36,007 nucleotides of DNA from Pseudomonadota bacterium (GCA_039178995.1 JBCDEX010000002.1:1-36007); one strand, 5' to 3'. Counted from the stretch's first letter, positions 1 to 10,917 are shown. Notes: a model not told the origin generated them from the letters alone. A program made the numbers and translations.

Positions 1-465
1 ATTTCACGCCAAATGTTGCAAGAGTTTGGTCGTGAGGCAACACCAGAAGAATTGTCTGAGCGCATGGACATCTCTGAAGAAAAAGTGCGTAAAGTCTTAA
101 AAATTGCAAAAGAGCCTATTTCAATGGAAACGCCCATCGGTGACGATGAAGATTCGCACTTGGGTGACTTCATTGAAGACGGCAATGCGGATCTGCCTAT
201 TGAAGCGGCTACCAGCAAGAGCTTGCGTGATTCGACGCGTGAGGTGCTTGCTAATTTGACGGCTCGTGAAGCGAAAGTGCTGCGTATGCGGTTTGGTATT
301 GATATGAATACCGATCACACGCTTGAGGAGGTGGGTAAGCAGTTTGATGTAACGCGTGAGCGAATCCGCCAAATCGAAGCCAAGGCGTTGCGTAAATTAC
401 GCCATCCATCGCGTTCGTCACATTTAAAGAGCTTCCTAGACGAAAGCGGTAATCCAGTCGTTTGA
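1..465 (+). CDS. rpoD: RNA polymerase primary sigma-70 factor RpoD, C-terminal part (5' end outside window)
   Basis: Frame 1 is open from base 1. The translation ([30 protein letters not shown] ... [53 protein letters not shown]) matches sigma-70 regions 3-4 nearly residue for residue. Stop TGA at 463-465. Confidence 0.95.
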   Translation: MSRQMLQEFGREATPEELSERMDISEEKVRKVLKIAKEPISMETPIGDDEDSHLGDFIEDGNADLPIEAATSKSLRDSTREVLANLTAREAKVLRMRFGIDMNTDHTLEEVGKQFDVTRERIRQIEAKALRKLRHPSRSSHLKSFLDESGNPVV

Positions 466-519
466 TTCGACTCAGATCATTGGTGTGAATGCGCCTCGTC
501 ATTTAATGTGGCGAAGTCC

Positions 520-548
520 TTGCACTTGTGTCTTAGTTTTTATAGAAT
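520..548 (+). promoter_or_regulatory. Candidate sigma-70 promoter of the rpsF operon
   Basis: TTGCAC at 520-525, a 17-nt spacer, then TAGAAT at 543-548, about 90 nt upstream of the rpsF ATG. Sequence match only. Confidence 0.45.
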
Positions 549-569
549 TCGTCCTCGTTTTATACTAGC

Positions 570-615
570 GCCTATCGATATACATAGGCACTCCTTGCTT
601 TAGGTAAACTAAAGC
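570..615 (+). promoter_or_regulatory. Structured rpsF 5' leader (two hairpins), possible S6:S18 autoregulatory element
   Basis: Hairpin 1 is GCCTAT (570-575) / ATAGGC (584-589). Hairpin 2 is GCTTTAG (597-603) / CTAAAGC (609-615). The SD AAGGAG at 625-630 lies just downstream. The function is inferred from its position only. Confidence 0.3.
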
Positions 616-638
616 TAAACCCATAAGGAGCACATTAA

Positions 639-1100
639 ATGCGTCATTATGAAGTCGTTTTTCTGGTACACCCAGACCAAAGCGAACAAGTCCCTGCGAT
701 GACCGATCGCTATAAAAGTGCCATCGAAGGTCATGGTGGTAAGATTCATCGCGTAGAAGATTGGGGGCGTCGTCAGTTAGCCTATCCAATTAATAAAATC
801 CATAAGGCACATTACGTGTTAATGAATGTTGAAATGAATGCCGATGCGTTGGAAGAATTATCAACCAGTTTCCGTTACAACGACGCTGTGATTCGTAACT
901 TGATCACGAAATGTGATGAAGCGATCACTGAAGAGTCGTTCATTGTTAAGCGCGATAAAGAAGAGCGCAGTCGTCCAGACACACGTAACCGTGATAACAA
1001 TAGAAATTCACAGCAAAAGACGGCTCCAGCTCCTGCTGAAGCTCAAGAAGCTGAGCCAGAAGAGGCTGCACCAGCTTCTGAATCAGAAGATAAGGAGTAA
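639..1100 (+). CDS. rpsF: 30S ribosomal protein S6, with acidic/Ala-Pro-rich C-terminal tail
   Basis: [18 protein letters not shown]...[28 protein letters not shown] is canonical S6. SD AAGGAG lies upstream. Confidence 0.97.
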   Translation: MRHYEVVFLVHPDQSEQVPAMTDRYKSAIEGHGGKIHRVEDWGRRQLAYPINKIHKAHYVLMNVEMNADALEELSTSFRYNDAVIRNLITKCDEAITEESFIVKRDKEERSRPDTRNRDNNRNSQQKTAPAPAEAQEAEPEEAAPASESEDKE

Positions 1101-1105
1101 CGATT

Positions 1106-1333
1106 ATGTCTCGTTTTTTTCGTCGTCGTAAATTTTGTCGTTTCACAGCAGAGGGAACGACTGAGATTGATTATAAAGACATTGATACGCTGAAAGCGTA
1201 CGTTACCGAAACAGGTAAGATCGTACCAAGCCGTATTACAGGCACAAAAGCAAAGTATCAGCGTCAATTGTCTACTGCAATTAAACGCGCACGTTATTTA
1301 GCATTGTTACCGTATACGGATCAGCATAAGTAA
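1106..1333 (+). CDS. rpsR: 30S ribosomal protein S18
   Basis: [12 protein letters not shown]...IDYKD...[42 protein letters not shown] is canonical S18. It starts 5 nt after the rpsF stop. Confidence 0.97.
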   Translation: MSRFFRRRKFCRFTAEGTTEIDYKDIDTLKAYVTETGKIVPSRITGTKAKYQRQLSTAIKRARYLALLPYTDQHK

Positions 1334-1360
1334 CCCAACGTTTTATTGGTGGTTTAAGCA

Positions 1361-2215
1361 ATGCGAGCATTAGGCCAAGTCATTATGCGGCGACCGGTCA
1401 ATGCATTGGCATTGGCGTTTTCAGCCAGTTTTTTACCCATTACTGTTTGGCTAGGCGCTGCAGTTGTTGCCTTGCTGGTCTTACGTAAAGGGCTTAATGA
1501 TGCGGCATCGACCGCATTGGCTGCGTTTATAGGTGCATCGCTGTGGTACGGATTGTCTGGTGAGTTAACACCGGTATTAGTTGTGATCAGCGTGCTGTTG
1601 GCCTCAATCAGTCTGCGCAGTAACGGCAGTTGGCTGTTTGTGTTGTTGCTGGTTGTATTACTTGGTGTGATCAATCAATTGGTGTTGATTGGTGTATCCA
1701 GTGAGTATTTGCAGGCGTTGATTGATGTATTGAACAATGCTGCGGCGCGGATGCACAGTGAACAACAGGCAAATGCCAAAGAGCTTCTTTCGAAGGTTGG
1801 CATGAATGAATTGGCGGCGTATGCGAGTCAGGTCATTGCATACACAACGGTTGGCAGTGTCGCATTGGCACGCTGGTGGCAGTCTGAGTTATATAACCCC
1901 GGTGGGTTTGGCGCGGAATTTAAAGCCATCCGAATGCATCCAGGGTTGACCTTAGTGTTGTTGATTTGCGTAGTTGGCGCGTTGTATGTGAAGCAAACCG
2001 CGTGGCTTGGCCTACTGTGTTTGCCACTGCTGATTGTTGGGCTAGCACTCGTGCATTCCTACGTAGCGCACCGACAGTTGGAGTCGCATTGGCTAGTGAT
2101 GTTTTATGTGCTGATGATACTAGGAGGCGGCATCAAGTTATGCTTGGTGATGTTGGCCGCAATAGACAGTCAGTTAGATTTTAGAAAACGATGGAGTCAT
2201 TCCCATCATAACTAA
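1361..2215 (+). CDS. Conserved multi-pass inner-membrane protein of unknown function (rpsR-rplI intervening gene)
   Basis: 284-aa ORF with several long hydrophobic segments. It occupies the slot between rpsR and rplI that holds a hypothetical membrane protein in Pseudomonas-type operons. Confidence 0.7.
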   Translation: MRALGQVIMRRPVNALALAFSASFLPITVWLGAAVVALLVLRKGLNDAASTALAAFIGASLWYGLSGELTPVLVVISVLLASISLRSNGSWLFVLLLVVLLGVINQLVLIGVSSEYLQALIDVLNNAAARMHSEQQANAKELLSKVGMNELAAYASQVIAYTTVGSVALARWWQSELYNPGGFGAEFKAIRMHPGLTLVLLICVVGALYVKQTAWLGLLCLPLLIVGLALVHSYVAHRQLESHWLVMFYVLMILGGGIKLCLVMLAAIDSQLDFRKRWSHSHHN

Positions 2216-2256
2216 TATGCATGCAATTGATTGCGTGCAGTTAAGAGGCAAGAACA

Positions 2257-2706
2257 ATGAAAGTAATATTGTTAGAAAAAACAGCAAATCTTGGTGATCT
2301 TGGTGACCAGGTCAACGTAAAGTCTGGATACGGTCGTAACTACTTGCTGCCTTATGGTAAAGCCATTCCAGCAACGCCTGCGAACGTTGAGGTGTTTGAA
2401 ACACGTCGTGCAGAGCTTGAGAAAAATGCTGCGGATAAATTAACGCAAGCGCAAGGGCGTCAACGTGAGTTGGAAGCGGTTGAGCGCATCACCATTGCGT
2501 CAAATGCGGGTGATGAAGGCAAATTGTTTGGTTCAATCGGCACACGTGACGTGGCTGAAGCGATCACAGCTCAAGGCATGGCAGTGGATAAGAGCGAGAT
2601 TCGCATGCCAGATGGCGCGATTCGTCAAGTGGGTGAGTACGAAGTGAATGTTCAGCTTCACAGCGACATCACGATGACCATTCTCATCGAAGTGGTTGCT
2701 GAGTAA
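2257..2706 (+). CDS. rplI: 50S ribosomal protein L9
   Basis: [36 protein letters not shown] is the L9 N-terminal signature. SD AAGAGG lies upstream. Confidence 0.97.
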   Translation: MKVILLEKTANLGDLGDQVNVKSGYGRNYLLPYGKAIPATPANVEVFETRRAELEKNAADKLTQAQGRQRELEAVERITIASNAGDEGKLFGSIGTRDVAEAITAQGMAVDKSEIRMPDGAIRQVGEYEVNVQLHSDITMTILIEVVAE

Positions 2707-2797
2707 GTTTTAATCCCATTGAATGAACGTGATGTGGATGATCCAGTGTGTGCCTTAAGGCGCTGCTGCGCAGGTATCGCGTGAATAACGCATTGTT

Positions 2798-2822
2798 AAA
2801 GCCACTGAGACCAGTGGCTTTG
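2798..2822 (+). terminator. Hairpin downstream of rplI (possible partial intrinsic terminator)
   Basis: AAAGCCACTG-agac-CAGTGGCTTT followed by GTTGT. It is a perfect 10-bp stem but the T-tract is weak. Confidence 0.4.
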
Positions 2823-2951
2823 TTGTATGTGTGCCACTCGTTTTGTCTCGCTATTGAATAATCGCGCTCAGCCCTGCATACTTTGAGTTCGCGTTGAAAT
2901 ACTTGGGATTGAACGAACGCCGACTTCAAACACGAATGTAGACCGATAATA

Positions 2952-4355
2952 ATGCAAGAAACCTACTTAGAAAACACGTCGGATATCTTGAGCTTTCAAG
3001 ACTTAAGCCCAGACGAACTGAAAACTCCGCCGTACTCCGTTGAAGCCGAGCAGGCCGTGTTAGGCGGCTTGATGCTGTCTGAACAAGCGTGGGAAAAGAT
3101 CAGTGATCAAGTCTTAGGCGATGACTTTTTTAGACCAGAACACCGTTTGATTTTTGCCGCCATGGGCATGTTGTTGTCTGAGAAAGCGCCATTGGACATC
3201 GTGACACTGTCTGAATTACTGGCGCGACAAGGCCAGCTTGAAGAAGCGGGTGGTTTGGCGTATCTGGTCGAATTGGCAAACAATACGCCCAGTGCGGCTA
3301 ACATCGAAGCCTATGCGAAAATCGTTAGTAGCTACGCGATGCGACGCCTGTTGATTAGCACGGCTGAGAACATCATCAATCAATCGTATCAGCCTGCGGG
3401 TCAAGACATTGATGAGTTGCTCAATGCGGCAGAGCGCGATGTGATGGGCTTGGCTGATAAGCGTATGCAAAGTGGGGCGATGCAGAGCATTAACCCATTG
3501 CTTAAATCGGCGGTCGAAAAAATTGACGAGCTGTATAAAAGCGACAGCTCGATTACAGGGATTAGTACAGGGTTCGCCGATTTGGACGACATGACGTCAG
3601 GTCTGCAAAAGTCGGACTTAGTGATTGTCGCAGCACGACCCTCAATGGGTAAAACCAGTTTTGCAATGAATTTGGTTGAAAATGCGATTTTAAAAGAAGA
3701 CAAGCCATGCATCGTGTTCAGCATGGAGATGCCCGCGGAACAGCTGATCATGCGTTTGATGTCGGCGGTGGGGCGGATTGACCAAACGGTATTGCGTTCC
3801 GGCAAACTGCAAGACGCGGATTGGCCCAAGCTCAGTCATGCGGCATCACAGCTCAAAGATAAGAAGTTGTTTATTGATGACACGCCGGCCATGTCACCCA
3901 CTGAGATCAATGCGCGTGCACGACGTATTGCACGAGAGCACGGTGAATTGGGCATGATCATGATTGATTATTTACAGCTGATGCAAATTAAAGGGCGTTC
4001 AGAGAACCGAACCAATGAGATTTCAGAGATTTCACGGTCATTAAAAATCATCGCTAAAGAGTTTAAATGCCCTGTGATTGCCTTGTCGCAGTTGAATCGA
4101 AGCTTGGAACAACGTCCCAATAAGCGGCCAATCATGTCGGATTTGCGTGAATCGGGAGCAATTGAGCAAGACGCCGACATCATCATGTTTATTTATCGTG
4201 ATGAGGTGTACAACGAAGAAAGTGAGGCCAAAGGCACCGCCGAAATCATCATTGGCAAGCAGCGTAACGGCCCCATTGGAACCACTCGATTGGCGTTTAT
4301 TGGCAAATACACTCGCTTCGAAAACCTTGCACCGGCCAGTTACGATAATTTTTAA
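2952..4355 (+). CDS. dnaB: Replicative DNA helicase DnaB
   Basis: PPYSVEAEQAVLGGLM N-terminal motif, Walker A ARPSMGKTSF, IDYLQLM, SQLNRSLEQR and RNGPIG. At 467 aa there is no intein-sized insertion. Confidence 0.97.
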   Translation: MQETYLENTSDILSFQDLSPDELKTPPYSVEAEQAVLGGLMLSEQAWEKISDQVLGDDFFRPEHRLIFAAMGMLLSEKAPLDIVTLSELLARQGQLEEAGGLAYLVELANNTPSAANIEAYAKIVSSYAMRRLLISTAENIINQSYQPAGQDIDELLNAAERDVMGLADKRMQSGAMQSINPLLKSAVEKIDELYKSDSSITGISTGFADLDDMTSGLQKSDLVIVAARPSMGKTSFAMNLVENAILKEDKPCIVFSMEMPAEQLIMRLMSAVGRIDQTVLRSGKLQDADWPKLSHAASQLKDKKLFIDDTPAMSPTEINARARRIAREHGELGMIMIDYLQLMQIKGRSENRTNEISEISRSLKIIAKEFKCPVIALSQLNRSLEQRPNKRPIMSDLRESGAIEQDADIIMFIYRDEVYNEESEAKGTAEIIIGKQRNGPIGTTRLAFIGKYTRFENLAPASYDNF

Positions 4356-4374
4356 TCGGCTGTTGTACGTTGGA

Positions 4375-4797
4375 TTAGGACGCGGAATCAATAAATAACG
4401 AGCGCACCACGTCGGGCATGGGTGTACTGCTCTGTTTTACGGAATCAAACCACACCAAGTACGCGACCGATCGAGCGTACACAATATCTGGGTCGTGTGC
4501 GTCAAGTATCTTGTACGACGAGTGCAAGCTGGAACGCCCAGGCTCTTTGCCATACATTTTCAATCGCAGCGTGGATGGGAAGGTGATGGGTCGAAGGTAG
4601 TCCATTTCAACACGCGCCAGCACGATCCCTTTTGTACGGTCTTCTCCGAACGATATGTTTAGACTGTCGAGCCATGCGGTACGGACGATCTCAAGATAGG
4701 TGAAGTACGTTGCGTTGTTAACGTGTCGCTGAGCATCTAAGTCACTCCAACGAATGTCTACGTCGTATTCGAATAAGAAGATGGGTTCTGCGTTCAT
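4375..4797 (-). CDS. Hot-dog fold acyl-CoA thioesterase (4HBT/YbgC-like)
   Basis: FEYDVDIRWSDLDAQRHVNNATYFTYLE is typical of the 4HBT family. The preferred start is ATG at 4797, preceded by AAGGAAC. The ORF track extends the frame to 4854. Confidence 0.8.
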   Translation of the reverse strand: MNAEPIFLFEYDVDIRWSDLDAQRHVNNATYFTYLEIVRTAWLDSLNISFGEDRTKGIVLARVEMDYLRPITFPSTLRLKMYGKEPGRSSLHSSYKILDAHDPDIVYARSVAYLVWFDSVKQSSTPMPDVVRSLFIDSAS

Positions 4798-4933
4798 GTG
4801 TTCCTTGAGTTTGAGTGACAAAACGTGCATGGTATCATGTGCATTCATGACCAAACAGTAAGACTGTGTAATTCTCGATTTCAGTATAATCGATGGTCAT
4901 TCGTTTTCCCCTAATAAAAGAGACGTCATTATC

Positions 4934-5404
4934 ATGAGTACGATTAATTTCAAAGACGCTGACGCATTAAGCGCCCAGATCAGCGAAGAATTTGGTGATT
5001 GGAGCAATCAGATTGCCATCAGCCAAGACGACATCAATGCGTTTGCCGAGCTGACAGGCGATCACATGTGGATGCATGTGGATGTTGAGCGCTGCGCGAA
5101 AGAAAGTCCATTTGGCACCACCATCGTTCACGGGTTCCTATTGCTGTCGAGTTTGCCTAAGCTGCAATCCGCTCCTGAGTGCATTTCACAGATTTCAGGT
5201 TTTTCTCATATGATGAATTATGGGTCTGATAAGCTGCGCTTTTTAGGCGCGGTACCTGTAGACACGAGCATTCACGCACGCAGTCGCATCAAAGCGGTTG
5301 ACGTGAGTGAGAGCAAAACCAAAGTGACCATGGAAACGCACGTGCACATCGTAGATCAAGAACGCCCAGCGTTGATTTATGAAATTGCCTTTGTGTACAT
5401 GTAA
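4934..5404 (+). CDS. MaoC-like (R)-specific enoyl-CoA hydratase/dehydratase
   Basis: FAELTGDHMWMHVDVERCAKESPFGTTIVHGFLLLS is the MaoC dehydratase hot-dog motif. 156 aa, single domain. Confidence 0.85.
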   Translation: MSTINFKDADALSAQISEEFGDWSNQIAISQDDINAFAELTGDHMWMHVDVERCAKESPFGTTIVHGFLLLSSLPKLQSAPECISQISGFSHMMNYGSDKLRFLGAVPVDTSIHARSRIKAVDVSESKTKVTMETHVHIVDQERPALIYEIAFVYM

Positions 5405-5437
5405 GCTAACTTCTTAACCATTTTAAAAGGACAGAAC

Positions 5438-5530
5438 ATGAAACAGATGATTCAAAGATCGGCACTTGTAAGTATGTGCCTACTTACCTTGAGTGCTTGT
5501 TGTAACATACCGTTAGTGCCATTAATTTAA
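5438..5530 (+). CDS. Candidate 30-aa lipoprotein precursor (mature peptide about 10 aa)
   Basis: Found manually; it is below the ORF-track cutoff. AGGA lies 6 nt before the ATG. The translation is MKQMIQRSALVSMCLLTLSACCNIPLVPLI, with a basic N-region, a hydrophobic core and the lipobox L-S-A-C. A perfect terminator hairpin follows 20 nt downstream. Confidence 0.4.
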   Translation: MKQMIQRSALVSMCLLTLSACCNIPLVPLI

Positions 5531-5550
5531 TTAAATAGGGCACACTTATT

Positions 5551-5586
5551 ACGCAAAAAAGGAATAGACATATTCCTTTTTTGCGT
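5551..5586. terminator. Perfect palindromic intrinsic terminator (bidirectional type)
   Basis: ACGCAAAAAAGGAATA-gaca-TATTCCTTTTTTGCGT. It has 16-bp perfect arms, with an A6 tract 5' and a T6 tract 3'. Confidence 0.75.
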
Positions 5587-5760
5587 TCTGTTGGTGACCC
5601 AAGCAATGTGTTCATGCAGCGATGTGATGTGGTGTTGACCAACGCCAGCGTGACTTAAAAGTACATTGAGTTAGCGAGTTTTGATAATGCAATAAAACGT
5701 TAAGCCATGTACCATTTATCTGATTTTTCGGTCTCTGTAGGCCATAAACTAATATTCTAA

Positions 5761-6951
<1,191 letters not shown>

Positions 6952-7015
6952 TCTGCATTGAATGATGCGGGCTTAGGTTTTATTTTATTTTTTAACATCA
7001 GTAAAAGGAAAAATC

Positions 7016-7924
7016 ATGGGAGACATTACAGGTAAGGTGGCCATTGTCACAGGTGCAGGCCGAGGCTTAGGGCGCGAAGAAGCGATTCAACTTGCTAAGC
7101 AAGGCGCACGTGTTGTGATCAGCGACATCGATTTGCCAGACGCAAAAGAAGCAGCGCATCAAACCGTTGAAGACATCAAAGCATTTGGTGGCGAAGCCAT
7201 CGCGGTATTGGGTGATTGTGCAGACACTGCGGATTCTGAGCGTTTATTCAAAACGGCATTGGATACATACGGCGACGTGAACATCATGTTGAACAACGCT
7301 GGTTTTTGTCGCGACAAAACCATCTTCAGCATGAGCGACGAAGAGTTTGACTCGGTTGTACGTGTGCATTTGCGTGGTCATTTTGTCAATATGCGCAATG
7401 TAACAGCCTACTGGCGTGGCAAAGCGAAAGCCGGTGAGCAAGTGTACGGTCGTTTGATCAGCACCTCATCGGAAGCAATGATTTTCGGTTCAGCTGGCCA
7501 GCCAAACTACGCTGCGGCAAAAGCAGGTATTACTGCAATGACAATGGGCGCGGCTCAATTGATGATCAAGTATGGCATCACATGCAACGTGATCATGCCA
7601 CGTGGACGTACTGCGATGACGGATCAAGGCGTAACGGCTGAGATCTTCAAAAAGCCAGAAGACGGCTTCGATGTGTTCGATCCAGCGAATGTTGCGCCAT
7701 TGGTAGGTTACTTGGCATCGCCTGAAGCGGGTCATATCGCCGGTGAAGTATTCGTTGTTTGGGGAGGCCGAGTGAGCATCGTTCAGCGTCCTACGCTAGA
7801 CGTGTTCTACGACAACCCACAAGGCAACAAGTGGGAAGTGGACCAATTGCACGATACATTGAGCGATTATTTCACAGCGGATCACACGCCGGTGTTGGAC
7901 GGATTCTCTGTCCCTCCTCAGTAA
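7016..7924 (+). CDS. SDR-family 3-hydroxyacyl-CoA dehydrogenase, MFE-2 / Hsd4A-like
   Basis: TGAGRGLG cofactor motif, NNAGFCRDKTIFSMSDEEFDSVVRVHLRGHF, and catalytic Y-x3-K in NYAAAKAG. 302 aa with a C-terminal extension, as in MFE-2-type dehydrogenases. Confidence 0.8.
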   Translation: MGDITGKVAIVTGAGRGLGREEAIQLAKQGARVVISDIDLPDAKEAAHQTVEDIKAFGGEAIAVLGDCADTADSERLFKTALDTYGDVNIMLNNAGFCRDKTIFSMSDEEFDSVVRVHLRGHFVNMRNVTAYWRGKAKAGEQVYGRLISTSSEAMIFGSAGQPNYAAAKAGITAMTMGAAQLMIKYGITCNVIMPRGRTAMTDQGVTAEIFKKPEDGFDVFDPANVAPLVGYLASPEAGHIAGEVFVVWGGRVSIVQRPTLDVFYDNPQGNKWEVDQLHDTLSDYFTADHTPVLDGFSVPPQ

Positions 7925-7939
7925 TGATTGCACTGCTTG

Positions 7940-7980
7940 AACATAAAAAAGGCCAGTCACTGACTGGCCTTTTTTATGTT
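7940..7980. terminator. Bidirectional intrinsic terminator between convergent SDR and NfeD genes
   Basis: AACATAAAAAAGGCCAGTCA-c-TGACTGGCCTTTTTTATGTT. It is a perfect 20-bp palindrome with A6/T6 tracts. Confidence 0.8.
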
Positions 7981-8015
7981 CTTCGTTTATTAAAAGCACT
8001 TACCTGAGTGTTCGC

Positions 8016-8465
8016 TCAGATCATGAGTGTCATTCCGTCATACCCTGAAATCGTAATGCGTTCACCTGCGTGATGAGCGTTGCTTGAATTCACTGTCCAA
8101 AAGGTGTCGCCTATTTGCAGTTTGCTTTGCCCTGCGGGTAGATCCGCTTCCAATGTGATCGCTTTTCCGACCATTTGTGCTGCTCGGTTGTTGATGTGTT
8201 GTGCATCAGAGGTTTCGTTAAAGTCTTTAAACAGTTTGTTGTACAGTACCGAAAACACAATTGAGAGAATGGCAAATACGATGATTTGAAATTGCCAGCT
8301 AATGCCTGGAATAATGGTTCTTATGAGCGCCATCACCAATGACGCAACGGCGGCACCGAGTAAAAATCCACCGGTGGCAATCGCGTCAATGCAGATAAAA
8401 ATAATGGCGCAACACAGCCAATGCCATGCCTGAAGTTGTTCGAATAATGCGTACAGATTGCTCAT
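8016..8465 (-). CDS. NfeD-family membrane protein (YbbJ-like)
   Basis: Three N-terminal hydrophobic helices plus a C-terminal OB-like soluble domain (GKAITLEADL...LQIGDTFWTV...). It lies directly downstream of an SPFH gene, which is the classic pairing. Confidence 0.8.
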   Translation of the reverse strand: MSNLYALFEQLQAWHWLCCAIIFICIDAIATGGFLLGAAVASLVMALIRTIIPGISWQFQIIVFAILSIVFSVLYNKLFKDFNETSDAQHINNRAAQMVGKAITLEADLPAGQSKLQIGDTFWTVNSSNAHHAGERITISGYDGMTLMI

Positions 8466-8576
8466 AATGCGTCTCTAAATCAGTGAGTAATAGGGTTTAG
8501 AGTAGAGGACAAGAGAGTATTGGTCAACTGGGAAGACGGGTGCCCCGAAGCGGCATATTTCTCTGATTGAGCGGGT

Positions 8577-8602
8577 ATGAAAAAGGCGCCTTTGGCGCCT
8601 TT
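8577..8602 (-). terminator. Intercistronic hairpin / attenuating terminator between the SPFH and NfeD genes
   Basis: The minus strand reads AAAGGCGCC-aaa-GGCGCCTTTTT. Confidence 0.45.
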
Positions 8603-8626
8603 AGAGTGCGTTCAGAGTTGTTTCTC

Positions 8627-9544
8627 TTAAGACGGTTTGCTGTCTTTGGAAATATCTTTCACAAGATCACTGATCCCCGCCACTGAACCAATTACACTGG
8701 AGGCTTCTAAAGGAATCATCATCACTTTGTTGTTGGGTGATTCAGCAAGTTTACCGAGTGCGTCGACGTACTTTTGTGCGATGAAGTAATTGATCGCGCG
8801 TGAGTCACCGTCTGAAATCGCGGCAGACACGTCGAGTGTTGCCTTCGCTTCGGCTTCCGCCAATCGTTCACGTGCCTCGGCTTCGCGTCTGGCAGCTTCT
8901 AATTCACCCTCGGCTTTCAAGATGCTGGCGCGCTTTTCACCCTCGGCAATTTGGATGGCGGATTCGCGTTCACCTTCGGCTTCTAAAATCTGCGCACGCT
9001 TTTCACGTTCTGCTTTCATTTGGCGGCCCATGGCTTCGACTAAGTCAGCAGGCGGTGAAATATCACGGATTTCAATTCGCGTGACTTTAACGCCCCAAGG
9101 ATCGGTGGCTTCATCGACTTTAATCAATAAGGCGCTGTTAATACGGTCTCGGTTGGAGAGCATTTCATCCAGCTCCATGGAGCCGAGTACCGCACGAATG
9201 TTGGTCATGACCAAGTTTTGCATGGCCAAGCGCAAGTTGGTGACTTCATACGCGGCTTTGACCGCATCTTGTACTTGATAGAAGCACACGGCATCTGTGG
9301 TCACTTGCGCGTTGTCGCTGGAAATGACTTCTTGTGGTGGAATGTCGAGTACTTGCTCCATCATGTTTTGTTTTTTACCAATGCCATCAATGAATGGAAC
9401 CAGAATGTGCAGGCCGGGGCTAATAGTGCGGGTGTACTTTCCGAATCGCTCAACCGTCCAAGCATAGCCTTGAGGAACGATTTTAAAGCCCTTGTACAAC
9501 AGTAAACCGAAGCCGATGACTAAAATGAGTGCAGTGGTTTCCAT
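8627..9544 (-). CDS. SPFH/band-7 (stomatin-like, QmcA-type) membrane protein
   Basis: N-terminal TM helix, an SPFH core ([20 protein letters not shown]...), and an Ala/Glu coiled coil ([37 protein letters not shown]). Confidence 0.9.
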   Translation of the reverse strand: METTALILVIGFGLLLYKGFKIVPQGYAWTVERFGKYTRTISPGLHILVPFIDGIGKKQNMMEQVLDIPPQEVISSDNAQVTTDAVCFYQVQDAVKAAYEVTNLRLAMQNLVMTNIRAVLGSMELDEMLSNRDRINSALLIKVDEATDPWGVKVTRIEIRDISPPADLVEAMGRQMKAEREKRAQILEAEGERESAIQIAEGEKRASILKAEGELEAARREAEARERLAEAEAKATLDVSAAISDGDSRAINYFIAQKYVDALGKLAESPNNKVMMIPLEASSVIGSVAGISDLVKDISKDSKPS

Positions 9545-9744
9545 GTGGATTCCTTATCAATGAATTGAATCGCTATCATAAAATTTAAGTATGGCACTGG
9601 CAAGCGGTATTCGGTTACTGGCTGGTCGCTCAGTTTGGCGCATTTGGACGTTATTTTTGCGTAATTTGCATGCGCTTAATAAACCAGATCGTTTACTATG
9701 AGTAGAGATAACAACGATAACAACATTATGACGAGGATCGTGCA

Positions 9745-10917
9745 ATGACAGCGACCGTACTTCAAGAATCTGAGTGGATACGTAACAAAAAGAAATTTTA
9801 TTATGTGTGCCAATACTTGGGAATCATTCTTCCCAGCACGTTTGCGTATTTGGTGTGGACGACGGGTAATGGCGATTGGTTTTTGGGCGTGCCCATTATT
9901 TTTTATTTTGGCATTGCCATATTTGATCTTATCTTTGGCGTTGATTTAGTTAATCCAACGGTTGACGATGAGGAGCAGTTAAAGAATGATTCATTTTACG
10001 ACAATGTGTTGATGAGTCTCGTGCCGTTGTACGTTTTGACGTATTGTTTTATTGCCTATGTGGTTGCCACGGTGTCGCTGAGTGCGGCGCAATTTGCGTA
10101 CGCGGTGATCGGCGTGGGTGCGATGTTTTCAGGAGTGTTTGTGGTAACGCATGAACTTGGGCACCGAACGAAGCATTCACTGCAGAGTTTCTTCTCTCGT
10201 ATTGTTATTGCTTTATTTGGCTATGGTCACTTTCATGTGGAGCACAATCGGGGACATCACGTGCATGTGTCAACGCCTGAAGACGCAGCATCTGCACGAA
10301 TGGGAGAGAACGTATATCAGTTCATGTTACGTGAGATACCCAGCACCATCATGCGTGCGTTTCAATTGGAAAGCACACGTTTAGAGCGACTGGGTTTGGG
10401 GTTTTGGAGTGTTAAAAATGAAATTCTTCAATCGTATGCGATGACCTTGGCGTTATACGCCGGTTTGACGGTTGTCTTAGGAGCGTCGATCATTCCATTT
10501 TTATTGCTGTCCATTTTTATTGGGTATTTTCAGCTGTCCATGGCGAACTATTTTGAGCATTATGGCTTGCTCAGAGAGAAGCTTGAGAATGGGCGTTATG
10601 CAAAATGCGAACCTGAGCATTCATGGAACAGTCATCATACGTTTTCCAATGCCTTAACGCTGCAGTTACAGCGTCATTCAGATCATCATGCCAATGCAAC
10701 GCGACCGTATCAAATCTTACGAGATTACGATGATGCGCCACAGTTGCCAGCTGGGTATCCATTCTTGGAGTTTGTCTGTGTCTTCCCACCATTATGGCGC
10801 CGCTTAATGGATCGACGTTTGTTATCGTATGTGGGGTATGACATGAACAAAGTCAATGTGTGCCCTAAAAAACGCGACGCGTTGTTTGAAAAATACCATA
10901 TGAAACAGCCGGCGTAA
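9745..10917 (+). CDS. alkB: Integral-membrane alkane 1-monooxygenase
   Basis: All four diagnostic motifs are present: HELGHR, EHNRGHHVHVSTP, NYFEHYGL and LQRHSDHHA. The N-terminal half has multiple TM helices. Confidence 0.9.
   Translation: MTATVLQESEWIRNKKKFYYVCQYLGIILPSTFAYLVWTTGNGDWFLGVPIIFYFGIAIFDLIFGVDLVNPTVDDEEQLKNDSFYDNVLMSLVPLYVLTYCFIAYVVATVSLSAAQFAYAVIGVGAMFSGVFVVTHELGHRTKHSLQSFFSRIVIALFGYGHFHVEHNRGHHVHVSTPEDAASARMGENVYQFMLREIPSTIMRAFQLESTRLERLGLGFWSVKNEILQSYAMTLALYAGLTVVLGASIIPFLLLSIFIGYFQLSMANYFEHYGLLREKLENGRYAKCEPEHSWNSHHTFSNALTLQLQRHSDHHANATRPYQILRDYDDAPQLPAGYPFLEFVCVFPPLWRRLMDRRLLSYVGYDMNKVNVCPKKRDALFEKYHMKQPA

Noticed and set aside
2952-4355. An intein or other insertion in dnaB
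   Set aside because: The protein is 467 aa with contiguous helicase motifs. There is no extra segment or Cys/Ser-...-HN splice junction pattern.
8790-9278. Long antisense ORFs opposite real genes (for example 8790-9278+, 18601-19095+, 20358-20753+, 21686-21946+, 31934-32383-, 29134-29472+)
   Set aside because: They are shadow frames of well-supported genes. They have low-complexity Ser/Arg/Ala-rich translations, no SDs and no recognisable domains.
9592-9606. A sigma-54-like TGGCAC...GC element upstream of alkB
   Set aside because: TGGCACTGGCAAGC puts the GC one base too close to the GG compared with the TGGCAC-N5-TTGC consensus, and it lacks the TTGC. No enhancer-binding protein gene is nearby.
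9557-9745. A 62-aa minus-strand ORF in the alkB upstream region
   Set aside because: It has no SD, no recognisable features and would occupy the whole alkB promoter region. It is more likely non-coding regulatory DNA.
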